From NCBI GenBank assembly GCA_951406725.2, contig OX597816.1:169632001-169696000 (forward strand): a stretch of 64,000 bases of DNA, read 5' to 3'. The notes under the pieces were generated by a model. It made no database searches. It was not told the DNA's origin and was given only the letters and a program-made list of their open reading frames with translations. Of the stretch, positions 24,739 to 37,972 are shown piece after piece. The stretch is from Octopus vulgaris (lineage: Eukaryota). A program made the position numbers and the translations under genes. Within the stretch, counting starts at the first letter, position 1. Every line of letters begins with the position of its first letter.

Positions 24739-26737
24739 GTGTTTGCTATTGTACAAGACACTTGCCCGATGGAGATCATCGGTACGACAACTATCCCACT
24801 TTATCTCCAGCAAGGGCCATAATTATACACAAAAAGAGTAGAACCCATTTATGGCCTTGGTAATTTGTATAAATTATAATATAATGAATTACGAGAAATA
24901 AATTAGTATCGTTAGTATCATGTATATGAACAGCGTACACAAATATAAGTATATTTCTTTTTCTAATATGGAGTCGGTCTCAAATGTTGCATAATAATTT
25001 TAAGTTTAATGAATCAAGAATTTACGTCGTGTGGTATTCGATATACACATGAACATCCAGTAATAGGATTAGGTCTGGATAAGGATTTGTTGTATGCTAA
25101 CAGTTAAAAATTTAAATTTTAAAAGAACTCAAAAAATTTGTGATCTTACAAGTTTTTCATTTAAATTTGAATGTAAGGTATTACATATTTGTAGGGTACC
25201 AATAAATGCTTTATCATCATCGCTATCTGTAGTTTTGGGCTGCAGGCCCAATTATCCCTCCAATTAGCCCTCCAGTGTGCGGCATTTAGACCAGTATACA
25301 ATATAAGTAAGCGGGTAATGAGTGATACATCATTATAGTAAGTGCAACATATATCTAAGCCAAACATACTTTGGTTATTACTTCTCCAATGATGTTCTCT
25401 AACTAATCTAACAATAATTATTTCCGATCATAATGTAAATTTCATCAGCTCCTTCATACACAGTATGTGATGTACATACCAGCATATTTTATGTTTTTCT
25501 TTAGAGATACTTGCTTAGATGCTCCAGCCAGTACTGATAAAGTCCCAGCTTGTAGCGCAAATCTAGAGAAAACTGAACTGCTTGTAGACTGTTACACACC
25601 TGGCTGGCGGATCTTAGTGGTCTTGTTACTCATGATGTAAAGATGTTTCATCACATTTTTCTTTAGACCAAACGTCTCAGCTGCTAGACTGGCGATGGTA
25701 GACAGTGTACATAGGCGACGATCGGCCTTTGCTGTTGCATCCAAGATGGAGTCGACATTTTCATCAAACTACAGTCTCTCCATGGGGCTACTTCATCCGT
25801 TCAGCTACTCCTGGTTGGTCTGGGGCATATGGCAACTGCAGTTTACGTGAACAGTGATTTGACTTCGAGCCTAGCCTCTCCTGCGTCTTACTAAGTTCGT
25901 TCCTATGCGTTGTGGAACTTGCACAGTCCGCATATATTTCATCTTGGTCTGGTGACGATTTACATAATGCAGCCCCTTACGAATGTTCTCATGTTCCTAT
26001 AGTATATCCATTATAGATTTTCTGTTGCCATTATCTCCTGCTTTGTCTTAATGTGATACCCATCCTTCCTCACTCGGGATTCTCCTTAATTTGATCACTA
26101 ACTTATACTGTTTATTTCTCCCTCATGTGACCCCGCTAACCCGCACTGCTTCGTTATCACCTCTCTAAATTACCCAATACCTCCTCAGCAATCACACACT
26201 GTTCTTAATGGTTAACAGCATGGTTCTAGAATCTGCTGGTCACTCCAGAGAAAAGTTTCTTCATACACCATTTTGTGATGCGCTGGATACTTCTTAAGTG
26301 ACGTTAGCCGGGGTAATATTTTATTGCTGCTCTTTCAACAATCAGACATCCTCGCTCAGGTAATCCTCGTTTACAAAACTCATCTTTATTATAGAAGACG
26401 GTTTTATGATTCCTAGATATTTCGGTTTAAAGTTTCTTTACTTCCGACATTAACTGACTTCAATAGACTTATTTCGGCGAGTTTATAGTTGATATACGAT
26501 AACATATATAATTAAACTTTGGTGGAAACCTTGGAAATAGGATACCATCAAAGAGGACATTGCTTCCATTTATTGCCACAATGCTAATTCACGAACATTC
26601 TCTGACGCATGTAATGCATATATAATAAATACGTACGTACATACGTGCATTCGTACATAAATATAGGCCTGTGTGTATGTATGCTTATATGTATGTATTT
26701 ATGTATGTATGAATGTATATATTTATGCATGTATGTA

Positions 26738-26813
<76 letters not shown>

Positions 26814-26904
26814 TATAATAATTATTATTTGAGGGAATAAAATCCAAACTTACAAGGTAAAAAATTCAATTTAGAAATACTAAATCAAATTTCACACAAT
26901 ATAA

Positions 26905-27220
26905 TATATATAAAATTAGAAAAAAACCCCACCTTTAATCAATTCAAAATGAACAATTAAATTACACAATCTAGAAAATTACATATAATAGAAATATTAA
27001 AATTAAAATAACAATAAAATGTCAAAGATTAAGTAAATTGCAAAAAATAATAATAAAAACGTATATAATTTGTAGAATAACGAAACGTGTTTCGTGGCTA
27101 TATTTAAGAAATGATTATAGTAGTATAAATCACTTCGATATAAATATAGTCACTCATCAGGTTAAAAATAAACTAGAAGAATAAAATAATTAATTAATAA
27201 ATATACTTTGATATATATAT
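26905..27220 (-). mobile_element. AT-rich hammerhead-bearing repeat arm (Penelope pseudo-LTR/retrozyme-like), copy 1
   Basis: Reverse complement of 29262-29556 over about 300 bp; contains the hammerhead motif at 27078-27164. Confidence 0.7.
27078..27164 (-). ncRNA. Type I hammerhead ribozyme motif with long stem II
   Basis: taac-CTGATGA-gtgactatattta...taaatatagccac-GAA-ACACGTTT-C-gtta. Canonical core boxes, stem I taac/gtta, 13-bp stem II with one mismatch plus a 9-bp extension; one stem III mismatch. Confidence 0.7.
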
Positions 27221-27223
27221 ATA

Positions 27224-28835
27224 CTAGCATTATGACCCGTCGTTGCCGGGTCATAGTGCTAGTGCATGTATATATGTGTATATATATATGTGTACCTATT
27301 ACATGTACATCTATATATATACATCTACACATAGAATACAAAATACAAAGATATATCTTGATATCGCCAGTGATAACAATACTCAAAATATATAACAGAC
27401 TGGAATTGTAGGCCCGTCTCTTGCAATTGTATCTTGTCCTCCCTCTTGTATAGAAGTGTAGCTACAATCCAGCCTACCTCTACTTCGAGGGGGGCGGGCA
27501 TTTAACATCTTTTTCCGGGACGTCCTACGTCCCAAATATAAAGGTGAAATTAAAATATTTCCACTTTGCAAGTTCGAGTCGAGTACTCCCTTGCACGCTC
27601 TGTTGACTCGAACCTTGCTTCTATTGTGGCGAATTTAACGCCTCTGGTTAGATACTTGATATCTTTCATTTACCGCTTCTGGTTAGATATCTTTCATAGT
27701 CGCACCAAGACACTTTCGATGGTGCTTTCCTCGAGGTGATCAAATTTTTTTTGTCTCTACATTGTATACTTTATAGATAATAGTCTTTTCTTTAATTTAA
27801 TTTTTTATTTTATTTGGTGGTGTTATCCTAGATTCACCGTCTTTGTCGGTGATCAATCCGAAATTTTAATTTTAATGAGTTCGCACCAGCCGACGGCTGC
27901 AGCGAAATTCATTTTTGGACTTTCTTCTATCGAAGGCATTTTAACAAAAATGCTTCCGTATAAACGGTGAAAATATTGTCAATTTGCCCAAACAGGGACA
28001 CAATTCAATTTTTAAACAATAACCAAAGCTCCTTCTCCCAAAGTGGGAGGGTTACGGTTTACAATTATCTAACAAATGCAACACAACAACGTTTCCCTTT
28101 CGAGGAACCAACAAACGTGATAACAATAGTTAAACAGTAATAATAATAACAACAAACCTTACGGTGAATCAAAAAGCAGTACGCAGTTGAAGCTATAGTC
28201 CTTTATGTATAAGAAATAAACCAACAGCAGTACTCAGTAGAAGCGGCTGTTCGAGAAAACAGAATTACATACAGCCAAACTTCATATAGATACTTAATGC
28301 TAGCTAATTAGCAGGTAATCTAATGTAAAAGCCGTGGTAAAAGGTATGTGCACAGCTCCATCTGGACTATTCCATTTCTGCACACTAATTTTATTTAAAA
28401 TTTATTCCCATTCATGTGAAACCACTTATTCAAGTTCAAGTCATTGATGCAATTTTATACCAATTGCTATTTTTACTTTTGTTATGTTACGATTTAATTA
28501 TTATATTATACTTTAGATTGATTTTAATTATTACTTACTACATATAATTCAATTGTTATTATTATCTCTAATTTTTATTGTTAATGTGAAAGTATCTGAC
28601 ATAAAATAGAGAAATGTTTTTGTTTCACCTTTAACACGTAATACTGAAATAGTGGAGAAGATATGATATTGCTATGGGTTCGCTCTAGGCAAGAAGTTGA
28701 ACATTTCTTTTGCCCATGAAACTACATGGACCCTAAGTAAGGCATGTGTAAAATTTGAATGAAATTGGTTGTGTATTTCTCAAGGGAAACAGACAGACAG
28801 ACAGACACACACACATTCTCAGTTTTATATATATA
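27224..28835 (-). mobile_element. Helitron-derived non-autonomous element, about 1.6 kb
   Basis: CTAG at 27224 next to hairpin gacccgtcgttgccgggtc. The far end reads tatatataaaactgagaatgtgtgtgtgtctgtctgtc on the minus strand, like Helitron 5' ends. Confidence 0.55.
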
Positions 28836-28979
28836 CCATCTAGTGGTTTTTTAGCCCTTTAAATATACACATATATTAGAATTTTCTCTGATTTTTCAGA
28901 TTTTTGTATGCTAGGCTACTGGTTTTAAATTGATAATAATTGAATTAATATTCAATTTATCTCTCTCATTATTTAAATG

Positions 28980-29013
<34 letters not shown>

Positions 29014-29015
<2 letters not shown>

Positions 29016-29259
29016 AAAATACTAAATATACATAAGTGAAAACTAAAACAATACTTAAATTACTAAGTACTTTAAAATCAAATAAAATACACAAAGCTAG
29101 TACAAGTCATTAAATTGTAATCAAAATAAGAAATGGTTAAATATAGACAAACTCCTTAAATAATCCAACCATATAATAAATATACATGTGTAGTATCTAT
29201 AGATTTAATATGATTTAAGTATTGTTTTAGTTTTCACTTATGTATATTTAGTATTTTCA
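29014..29259. repeat. 47-bp perfect inverted repeat bounded by (TA)n
   Basis: 29014-29060 is the exact reverse complement of 29213-29259. Confidence 0.9.
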
Positions 29260-29261
29260 TA

Positions 29262-29542
29262 TATATATATTAAAGTATATTTATTCTAGTTTATTTTTAC
29301 CCTGATGAGTGACTATATTTATATCGAAGTGATTTCTACTACTATTATAATTTCTTAAATATGGCCACAAAACACGTGTCGTTATTCTACAAATTATATA
29401 CGTTTTCATTATTTTTTTTTTCAATTTACTTAATCTTTCACATTTTATTGTTATTTTAATTTCAATATTTCTATTATATGTAATTTTCTAGATTGCGTTA
29501 TTTAATTATTAATTTTGAATTGATTTAAAGTGGGTTTTTTTC

Positions 29543-29556
<14 letters not shown>
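29262..29556 (+). mobile_element. AT-rich hammerhead-bearing repeat arm, copy 2
   Basis: Inverted partner of 26905-27220; runs into (TA)n at 29549. Confidence 0.7.
29298..29384 (+). ncRNA. Type I hammerhead ribozyme motif with long stem II (G12A-mutated copy)
   Basis: tacc-CTGATGA-gtgactatattta...taaatatggccac-AAA-ACACGTGT-C-gtta. Perfect palindromic stem III and GUC site, but GAAA is changed to AAAA. Confidence 0.65.
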
Positions 29557-29583
<27 letters not shown>

Positions 29584-29704
29584 ATGTATGTATGTATGTA
29601 TGTATGTATATAGGGAGAATTCACGAAACAAAAAACAAAAGACAAAGACAGGTGGTATAGAAAACAAACAGATGTATTAGTATAACGCTCGGGAATAGAA
29701 AAAG

Positions 29705-29742
29705 CCTTTAACGTTTCGAGCCTACGCTCTTCCACAGAAAGG
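29705..29742 (-). ncRNA. Minimal hammerhead-like motif, variant core
   Basis: ccttt-CTGTGGA-A-gagc-gtag-gctc-GAAAC-GT-T-aaagg: 5-bp stem I, 4-bp stem II, palindromic ACGT stem III; U at core position 6. Confidence 0.5.
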
Positions 29743-29850
29743 AACACAGAAAGAAACAAGAACAGAAGCAAGAAGAGAATATTATTCCAAAACGTACAGG
29801 GAGAAATTCAATTTAACAATTTTAAATCAAATTTCACAATATATAATATA

Positions 29851-30170
29851 TCTTTTACTCTTTTACTTGTTTCACTCATTTGACTGCGGCCATGCTGGAG
29901 CACCGCCTTTAGTCGAGCAACTCGATCCCGGGACTTATTCTTTGTAAGCCTAGTACTTATTCTATCGGTATCTTTTGCCGAACCGCTAAGTGACGGGGAC
30001 ATAAACACACCAGCATCGGTTGTCAAGCAATGCTAGGGGGACAAACACAGATACACAAACATACATGTACATACATATATATATGCATATATACGACGGA
30101 CGTCTTTCAGTTTCCGTCTACCAAATCCGGAACCATGTGGTTGGTAAGCAAGCTACTTACCACACAGCCA
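29851..30170 (-). mobile_element. SINE family A with internal deletion
   Basis: Matches 4158-4568 but lacks the CORE-like segment. Confidence 0.85.
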
Positions 30171-30173
30171 AGC

Positions 30174-30351
30174 GAAAAACCACTATTAAACAATTCAATA
30201 AAGAAAGCTGTTATTCACACCATATAGAAAACTTATACTAGTTACTATTTATTGTACTTTATTGATTTAAAATTAGTTTTTTTAAAGCATATGTTTTCTA
30301 TATGGTATGAATAACATCTTTCTTTATTGAATTATTTAATAGTGGTTTTTC
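30174..30351. repeat. 59-bp inverted repeat (3 mismatches)
   Basis: 30174-30232 vs 30293-30351. Confidence 0.9.
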
Positions 30352-30403
30352 TCTAAATTATATATACCTCTGTGTGTGTGTGTATATGCATGTATGTACG
30401 TAT

Positions 30404-30444
<41 letters not shown>

Positions 30445-30699
30445 TATATACACAGGCTACTACGTCAGTTACCAAAAGTAAGGTTCCACCTATTCCTTCA
30501 TTATCTTAAACTTCGTTATAGGAGAAATGTAAAAGTTGTTTTAATTATTGACAGAAAAACGCAGGAGATATCAAATTGTCTTACGTATATATAAAAAATA
30601 TCATTTGGACAAAGTTATAAGCAAATTAATAAAATTTACATGCAGCTCTTCGATTTATGCAGCAAAAACATTAAAAATTGATAATATGAAACTAAAGAG

Positions 30700-30881
30700 T
30701 AACTTTTTATTCTTTTACTTGTTTTAGTCATGTGATTGCGGCCATGCTAAAAAACCTTTAGTCAAGCAAATCGACCCCAGAGCTTACTCTTTGTAAGCCT
30801 AGTGCTTATTCCATCGGTCAATTACAATGTTGCGGGGACGTAAATACACCAACATCGGTTATCAAGCGATGGTGGGAGGAA

Positions 30882-30959
<78 letters not shown>

Positions 30960-31133
30960 TACTTACATATATACGTCGGGATTCTTTCAGTTTTCGTCTA
31001 CCATATCCGCTCACAAGGCTTTGGTCGGCCAGAAGCTATAGTAGAAGACATTTGCCCAAGTTGCCACGCAGTAGGATTGAACCCGGAACCATTTGGTTGG
31101 GAAGCAAACTTCTTACCACACAGCCACTCCTGC
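30700..31133 (-). mobile_element. SINE family A with expanded internal (CA)n
   Basis: Head and tail match 4158-4568. Confidence 0.85.
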
Positions 31134-32169
31134 ATACATACATGCATACACACGCACACACACATATGCATATATAAATATATATGCTTGTGCATGTTTG
31201 TGAATTTACACACACATACACACACACACACACATACACGCACACACGCACACACACCAGCAGGCTTAAAATCTCAGTACATTTTCACACAATGATTTCT
31301 TAGGCATTTCGATATCAACCTGTGATCTATAATTGGAACCAATATTAGTATGGTGTTGGTAAATGTTGGAAGGTGTTCGAGTAAATGTTCTCTCAGCAGG
31401 ACAGAAATCAAAAGAACTGCCACCCCCAGAATGCATCAGATTTCGCTATAAATGCCAAAAGTGTGATACCATACGAGAAATAGCAAATTTTTACATGCAG
31501 AAACCATAGAACTCTGACTTAGCACAAGACCAGCAATTTTGAGTTGAGGAAGAACTGTGAATACTTTCGACTCCAGTATTTCACTGACATTTTATTTTCT
31601 CGTCCCCAGAGGATGAAAGGTAAAGTTGTGAATGTTATACTAAAATAATCCAAGAACAAACAAAATATATAATGAATATTTTATGTAATAAAAAATTAAA
31701 TTAGAACTGGAACATTAATTTGGATTCGTAAAGGCCAAGTAAAACGAATAAAGCTTGATGTCATAGAAATACTTTTATTTTACAGTTTTCCCATATTAAT
31801 ATGACTAACATGACTGTAGAACATCAGCTGATGTAATTACCAATATATTCTCAGTATAAAATATGTAGGTCATTCGAATAACAGGAACAATAAACCTATA
31901 TAAAAATGACTACGAATATTATTATGGATTTTCTGATGTTGGATGCATGAATTATTACTGCTGCCTAATTCCAAGCCGGCCCCGACAAAGCAGAACTATG
32001 ATCAAAGTCACTGTAGCCATAACCATACCATACTACTTCACATCAGGAATAATGTAATGGGCAATATATTATCTAGTATGTTCTTTTTTAATACGGCTGT
32101 TCATGTTCGTGGCTTTAACTGCTAGTTGTACCAGTTGAAGCAGCAAGGTAAAAGTCTCTTGCTTCACTC

Positions 32170-32226
<57 letters not shown>

Positions 32227-32769
32227 TAAATTAGAGATAAAACCACTATTAGGCAAATCATATTTATATTTATACTGTGAAATTTGATTTAATCCTAAAA
32301 CTAATTTTTCCCTGTAAGTTTGGATTTACTTCCTAATATTATATATATATATATGTATATATATATACGCGATGTGTACAAGGGATAAGTTTAGTGTATG
32401 TACGGGAGGATTAAGCTCATGCAAACGACATACAAGTACAGTACTAAATACTGTACAACATACAGTCAGGCGTTGTACTACCATTACGAATTCTCTGATT
32501 TGCAGATAAATTAATACAAATATATGATGGACACTGAAATATTTTAACGCCTTGATCAAATCCAAATCCGTGGCAAAAGAATAAAACAAATAGCATTACC
32601 AAAAAAGTCCAGACAGTCTATCAAACTAAATTGGATACCAACTGATCTAATCGGATAAAACTTAGCAGTGTGCATCCATCTGTCTATCCTACCCTAAAGG
32701 GAGACAACTTTGATATCGTTGGATTTATCTCCCTTGGTTTCTTTACGCTCAATAAAGGGTTAATTGTCG

Positions 32770-32867
<98 letters not shown>

Positions 32868-32884
32868 GTCTATCTGTCTATCTG

Positions 32885-32948
<64 letters not shown>

Positions 32949-33276
32949 AATATTATTGATCGCACATACTCGATGTATGTGTTTTGTTCGTTCGTCGGTT
33001 CGCTGCCGTATAGAACCAGAGGGAAACTTCCCCATAACGTTGGTTGTTAAAAGCGTCTCCGGTTCGATTCAGGTACGAGATGCTGATAATGCTGATAAGT
33101 CATAGAAGTTGTGAAATATTGTTTACAAGAGATATCTTTATATATAAAAGAGAAGTGTATATGCATGTGTACACCCATGTATACAGGTTGGAGTCAGAGA
33201 CTACTCAGCACTTTGAAGCAGCTGTAAACGGATGGAATAAAGAACTATTCTCTCGTCTTACTTCTCTTGTGTTTTC

Positions 33277-33664
33277 TGAGTGGCTGTGTGGTAAGTAGCT
33301 TGTTTACCAACCACATGGTTCCGGGTTCAGTCCCACTGCGTGGCATCTTGGGCAAGTGTCTTCTACTATAGCCTCTAAAAATGTCTACGATGAGTCAACG
33401 ATTTAAAAAAAAATTTACCATAATTTTTATTCCATTTTTAATGCATTTTTTGCTATTTTTTGTCTGTGTTTGTCCCCCTAGCATTGCTTGACAACCGATA
33501 CTGGTGTGTTTATGTCCCCGTTACTTAGCAGTTCGGCAAAAGATACCGACAGAATAAGTACTGGGATTACAAAAGAATAAGTCCCGGGATCGAGTTGCTC
33601 GATTAAAGGCGGTGCTCCAGCATGGCCGCAGTCAAATGACTGAAACAAGTAAAAGAGTAAAAGT
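33277..33664 (+). mobile_element. SINE family A with the central part replaced by a Helitron fragment
   Basis: Head 33277-33375 and tail 33460-33664 match family A; 33382-33455 matches the Helitron interior (2787-2855). Confidence 0.8.
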
Positions 33665-33800
33665 ATACAATCTCTTCGCCATTGTATCTCTTGCATTTTC
33701 AGAATGACATGAAAGTTTATCCTAAACTCAATCACGGTCATTCTTGTTAGCCACGCGCTTGGCGGAGATCTTTAAATCCTTATCATTACTAAATGCACAA

Positions 33801-34017
33801 GGCGGTGAGCTGGCAGAAACGTTAGCACGCCTGGAGAAATGCTTAGCAGTATTTCGTCTGTCTTTATTTTCTGAGTTCAAATTTCGCCGATGTCGAATTT
33901 GCTCTTCATCTTTTCGGTGTCGATAAATTAAGTACCTGTTGCGTGGTGGGGTGGATCTAATCGACTGGCCTCTCCCCCAAAATTTCGGGCCTTGTGTCTA
34001 GAGTAGAAAAGATTATT
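33801..34017 (+). mobile_element. SINE family C (alternative tail)
   Basis: ggcggtgagctggcagaaacgttagcacg...gagttcaaattt...ggccttgtgtctagagtagaaaagatt. Confidence 0.85.
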
Positions 34018-34055
34018 ACTTACTTACGTGCGCGCGCACAGAGAGAGAGAGAGAA

Positions 34056-34130
<75 letters not shown>

Positions 34131-34897
34131 TCAAGCCAAGCATGTGGTAAAGGATATCAGTAAATGAAGTTTCACATTCCTATAATATTATAGTTCTATA
34201 CTTCTATATATGACCATTATAACCAGTTGAAATTTAACTCCTTCCCCACAACACATCAACACATCACTACGCTAAAATGGTGTCGTCTGAAAACTTCATC
34301 TCTTTCGTTTACAACCGTCACATACTACCCCAACCACTTTGGCTATCTGATAATCCGAGCTCACACTCGAAGACGCCAGTACGATAGGGTTCTTACCATT
34401 ATACATATGGTCTTCCTCATACCTTACCATTGATCTTCCCCTTCTCTACTTATTTCAATATCCTCTACTGAAACCTGTGCACCGTTAATCCGTTAATCCG
34501 TTAATCGTAGCTTCTACGTTCTTATTAAGGAACATAGTGTAGCTTCTATTCCTTTTCCCCTTAAATTGTTTCTTAATGTTTCCTAATATTTCCTAACGGT
34601 GTATCCATGTTAGGGGAGCCCGAACAATTACCAGATCGTACACAATAAGCTACTTAATGTCATTTCAAGCCTAAAACTTAAAGTAGGTTATATTTAATTC
34701 TAGTAGTCATTAAATGATATATACATCCATGTATACATGCATATACACATACATACACTCACATCTCTGTGTACGAGTATCTCTCTCTCTCTACACACAC
34801 AAACTCATACACACATACACACACACAGAGACACACAGAGGCACACACAGAGACACACATACACATATACATACATACTTACTTACATATATGTATG

Positions 34898-34969
<72 letters not shown>

Positions 34970-37900
34970 CGTGTACATATGCATGCATGTATGTATGTAT
35001 GTATGTATGTATGTGTGTGTATGTACCTATCTGTTTGTGTATGAGTTATAGTGATGATACAACTGCATTCAAGTTTAATGTTCTTTATTAACGATTTTTT
35101 TTTCATATTTTCATTATTAAGCATTCATATATACTCGTTGGCGATGATTTCCAAAATCCATTTGCGCTTGAAGACCTTTTCTACCTCATCGTACGTCTAA
35201 AGTGATGGTACTACAGGTTATTTTTATAGTTTATTTCACATATTCCCTGTGTATTGACTTTTAGGCTTGTATTTTGCTATTGACAGAGTTTGCATGGCGA
35301 ATATATCCTTTTGGGTGGGTGGGTGGGGGGTTTAAAATTCTACACTTAATGTCATTCTCTATTGATAAGTGGTGTAAATGTTATTGATTTTTATACTATA
35401 TTGATATTATTTATTAAATGGTGTAGTATTCGGTATTGTTATGCTATATTGATAAAAGTTCTATAACAATATTATGAATTAATGCTTTGTTTCGAGCTTT
35501 TTTAAAAATATAATAATATGCTCTAATGGTGCCTTGCTACAAATGCATTATCAAACGACGAGTAAGTGCAGTACATGTATATTCGATTTAACAGATTAGT
35601 CAAGGAGTTTTTAACTCTTATGTTCACTTTATAATTTCGATATTACATTAGTTATGTGAATTACGATCTGTAGCTTGAAGATTTGTAGCTTAATATTCTG
35701 GAGATGGTTTTTTAACCCTTGTGTGTATCGTTATGGACTCACATTCTTAGTTCGTGATTACGTGTGATACACGCTGCATTTAGTGTTATGAGAAATCGCC
35801 TCCAGTATTTGGCTGTTTTTTATTTACTTATATTAATCTTCTCGAAGAGAGAAATAGCAACTTTGGACATCGGCAAGATTTGATCGCTGTCGTTTCAGCT
35901 CCCCACCAATCTGGTCTTGAGCAAGTAATAGAAACAAGTACTAATCATACAAATTAGGGATAATCGAAGAAACCTATTTTCAAATTCTATCCCGTTTTCC
36001 TATTCAAAACGTGGTATATCCAATGTATTTTGTCTTGCTCAAGACAGCAGAATGTGATTTAAAGGAGATTTGGTTGATATCTCTAACGCTTTCAACAACC
36101 ACCGAAAGACCATCTCATAGGTTCCTTCAAAATAGAATTTAACATGGGCAGTGTCGAACAGAATCCGTAAAATACTGGTCGAAATGTTTTGCAGTATTGT
36201 GTTATGTGAATTTACGTTTTTATTTCGAATCTCATTCTAATGGCTGTTTTTTTTTTAATCTTTCCGTGATCAATAAAATAAATATCAGTTAAATGTACAG
36301 CGATCGATTTATTCGAATATACACTCCAACTAAATTTCTTATTTTGTAGCCAAGCTATGAGTCATTGTAAGTTGAATGACAATATATTCATGTCGTTGCC
36401 TAAGTAACGAGGATATTACCGATAAAAATAATATTGACAGCAAAAACAAACTTATGTATAACACATGCCTGTCTGCGGATATATACAATAATGTATTTTT
36501 AAATGCAGTCTGTACTAAACTGTATTGCAAATTGTGTGTTCACAGCAGGCAAGCAATCTAAATATTACATGTAATCTGTAAATTGATTTTCAAAACAAAT
36601 ATTCACTTTTCATATTACGTTTACATTGTAGACAAACTTAAAATTGCTATCGGCTACTTGTACACCTAATTTAAATACGCTTGAATGCAGCATTTAAATA
36701 AATATAAAAAACACTTACATTTAAGAATCAATGAAGAAGTACCGTTGAAGTATTGAGGGCGATATATTCATTTATACCCCTCAACCAAATTTGAAGCCTT
36801 GTGCCTCCGTAAGAAATCTATCTACCTGTATACATGCATATTCACATTAGACTTCTACTGTCAACCCGTATTTGTTTTGACGTATGTTATAATTATTTGT
36901 TGGCATGTTGAAGTAAATGTCATTATTCGCTCGGTTAATTCAATAAGATCAACCCCGTATAAAATTTCAAAGAGTAAAGTGATAATTACGTAGGACATAT
37001 TTATGTTGCTGAACTGTGGAATAAGCTTAAATTATTCTGTTTGTACAATTCTTGATTTTCCTAATTTTCTTAATTCAGATTAATGGCAGTCGGTTAATAT
37101 CCAAGATATTTGTACGTTTTGGCTTCGTTTATTGTAGTGTATTCTCGAGAACACACTGACTTCGTTTACTTGCCTCTTATTTGATATATTATTATCGCTT
37201 CTGGAAAGACAGAATGCTTACTAAGTTTACTGTATTAAAAATGTCAGCAACTTTCGGAAACTGGATTTTTTCTCACCATAATGCTTCCAGCATTCTTTCT
37301 ACAGAAACCTGTTTATTGATTTTCAGAAAGTATTATGGTGTCTTTACATTTCATAGAGACATTTATATCAGAATTTGGTAGTATAGTGCTTGGTTTAGTT
37401 TATAGCGTGTCGGAATACTAGTTAAATTTTTGCTATTTGTTTTGAAACCACGATGAAGACATTTTAGGTTAGCTAGTATATTTCTTCATGTCATAAAGTG
37501 TCATCTTAGAGTAAGGCTGCTGTAAATTCGATGAGAAGTGTTGTATTGGTGCAGGCACCGCTTTGCGATTAAGAGTTTGCTTCGAGCTACATGATTTCTA
37601 GTTCAACCACACTACGAAACAATCTGGATGCCCGTTCCCTGCCATAGCTTTATGTCGATCAAAGTCATGTAAATGAAATTTAGTAACAGAGACGATTGGG
37701 TAGCAGACCTAAACAATTGCCCGGTTAAACACCGTCATCTGATTTTTGTACACCATTAGCTGTGTTCGCTATGAAGCAAAAAATTGGTTTAGATTTTTGA
37801 TCCGAGGAAAGCAAATGTCCTTCCTTTGTTGGTGCACTCATTCTTACCTGCCTAACGTTATACATACGGATGAAGATTATATTTTTGCTTCAGTATAAGA

Positions 37901-37972
37901 TTTATAATTCCAGAATATGTCAATATATTGCTACCACCTTTACTCAAGCATTTACTTGGAAAAATGAATGTA

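Noticed and set aside
25160-26600. Possible additional decayed RTE-like LINE on the minus strand
   Set aside because: Only faint motif traces (YLG, LAGH-like); too degenerate to call without alignment.
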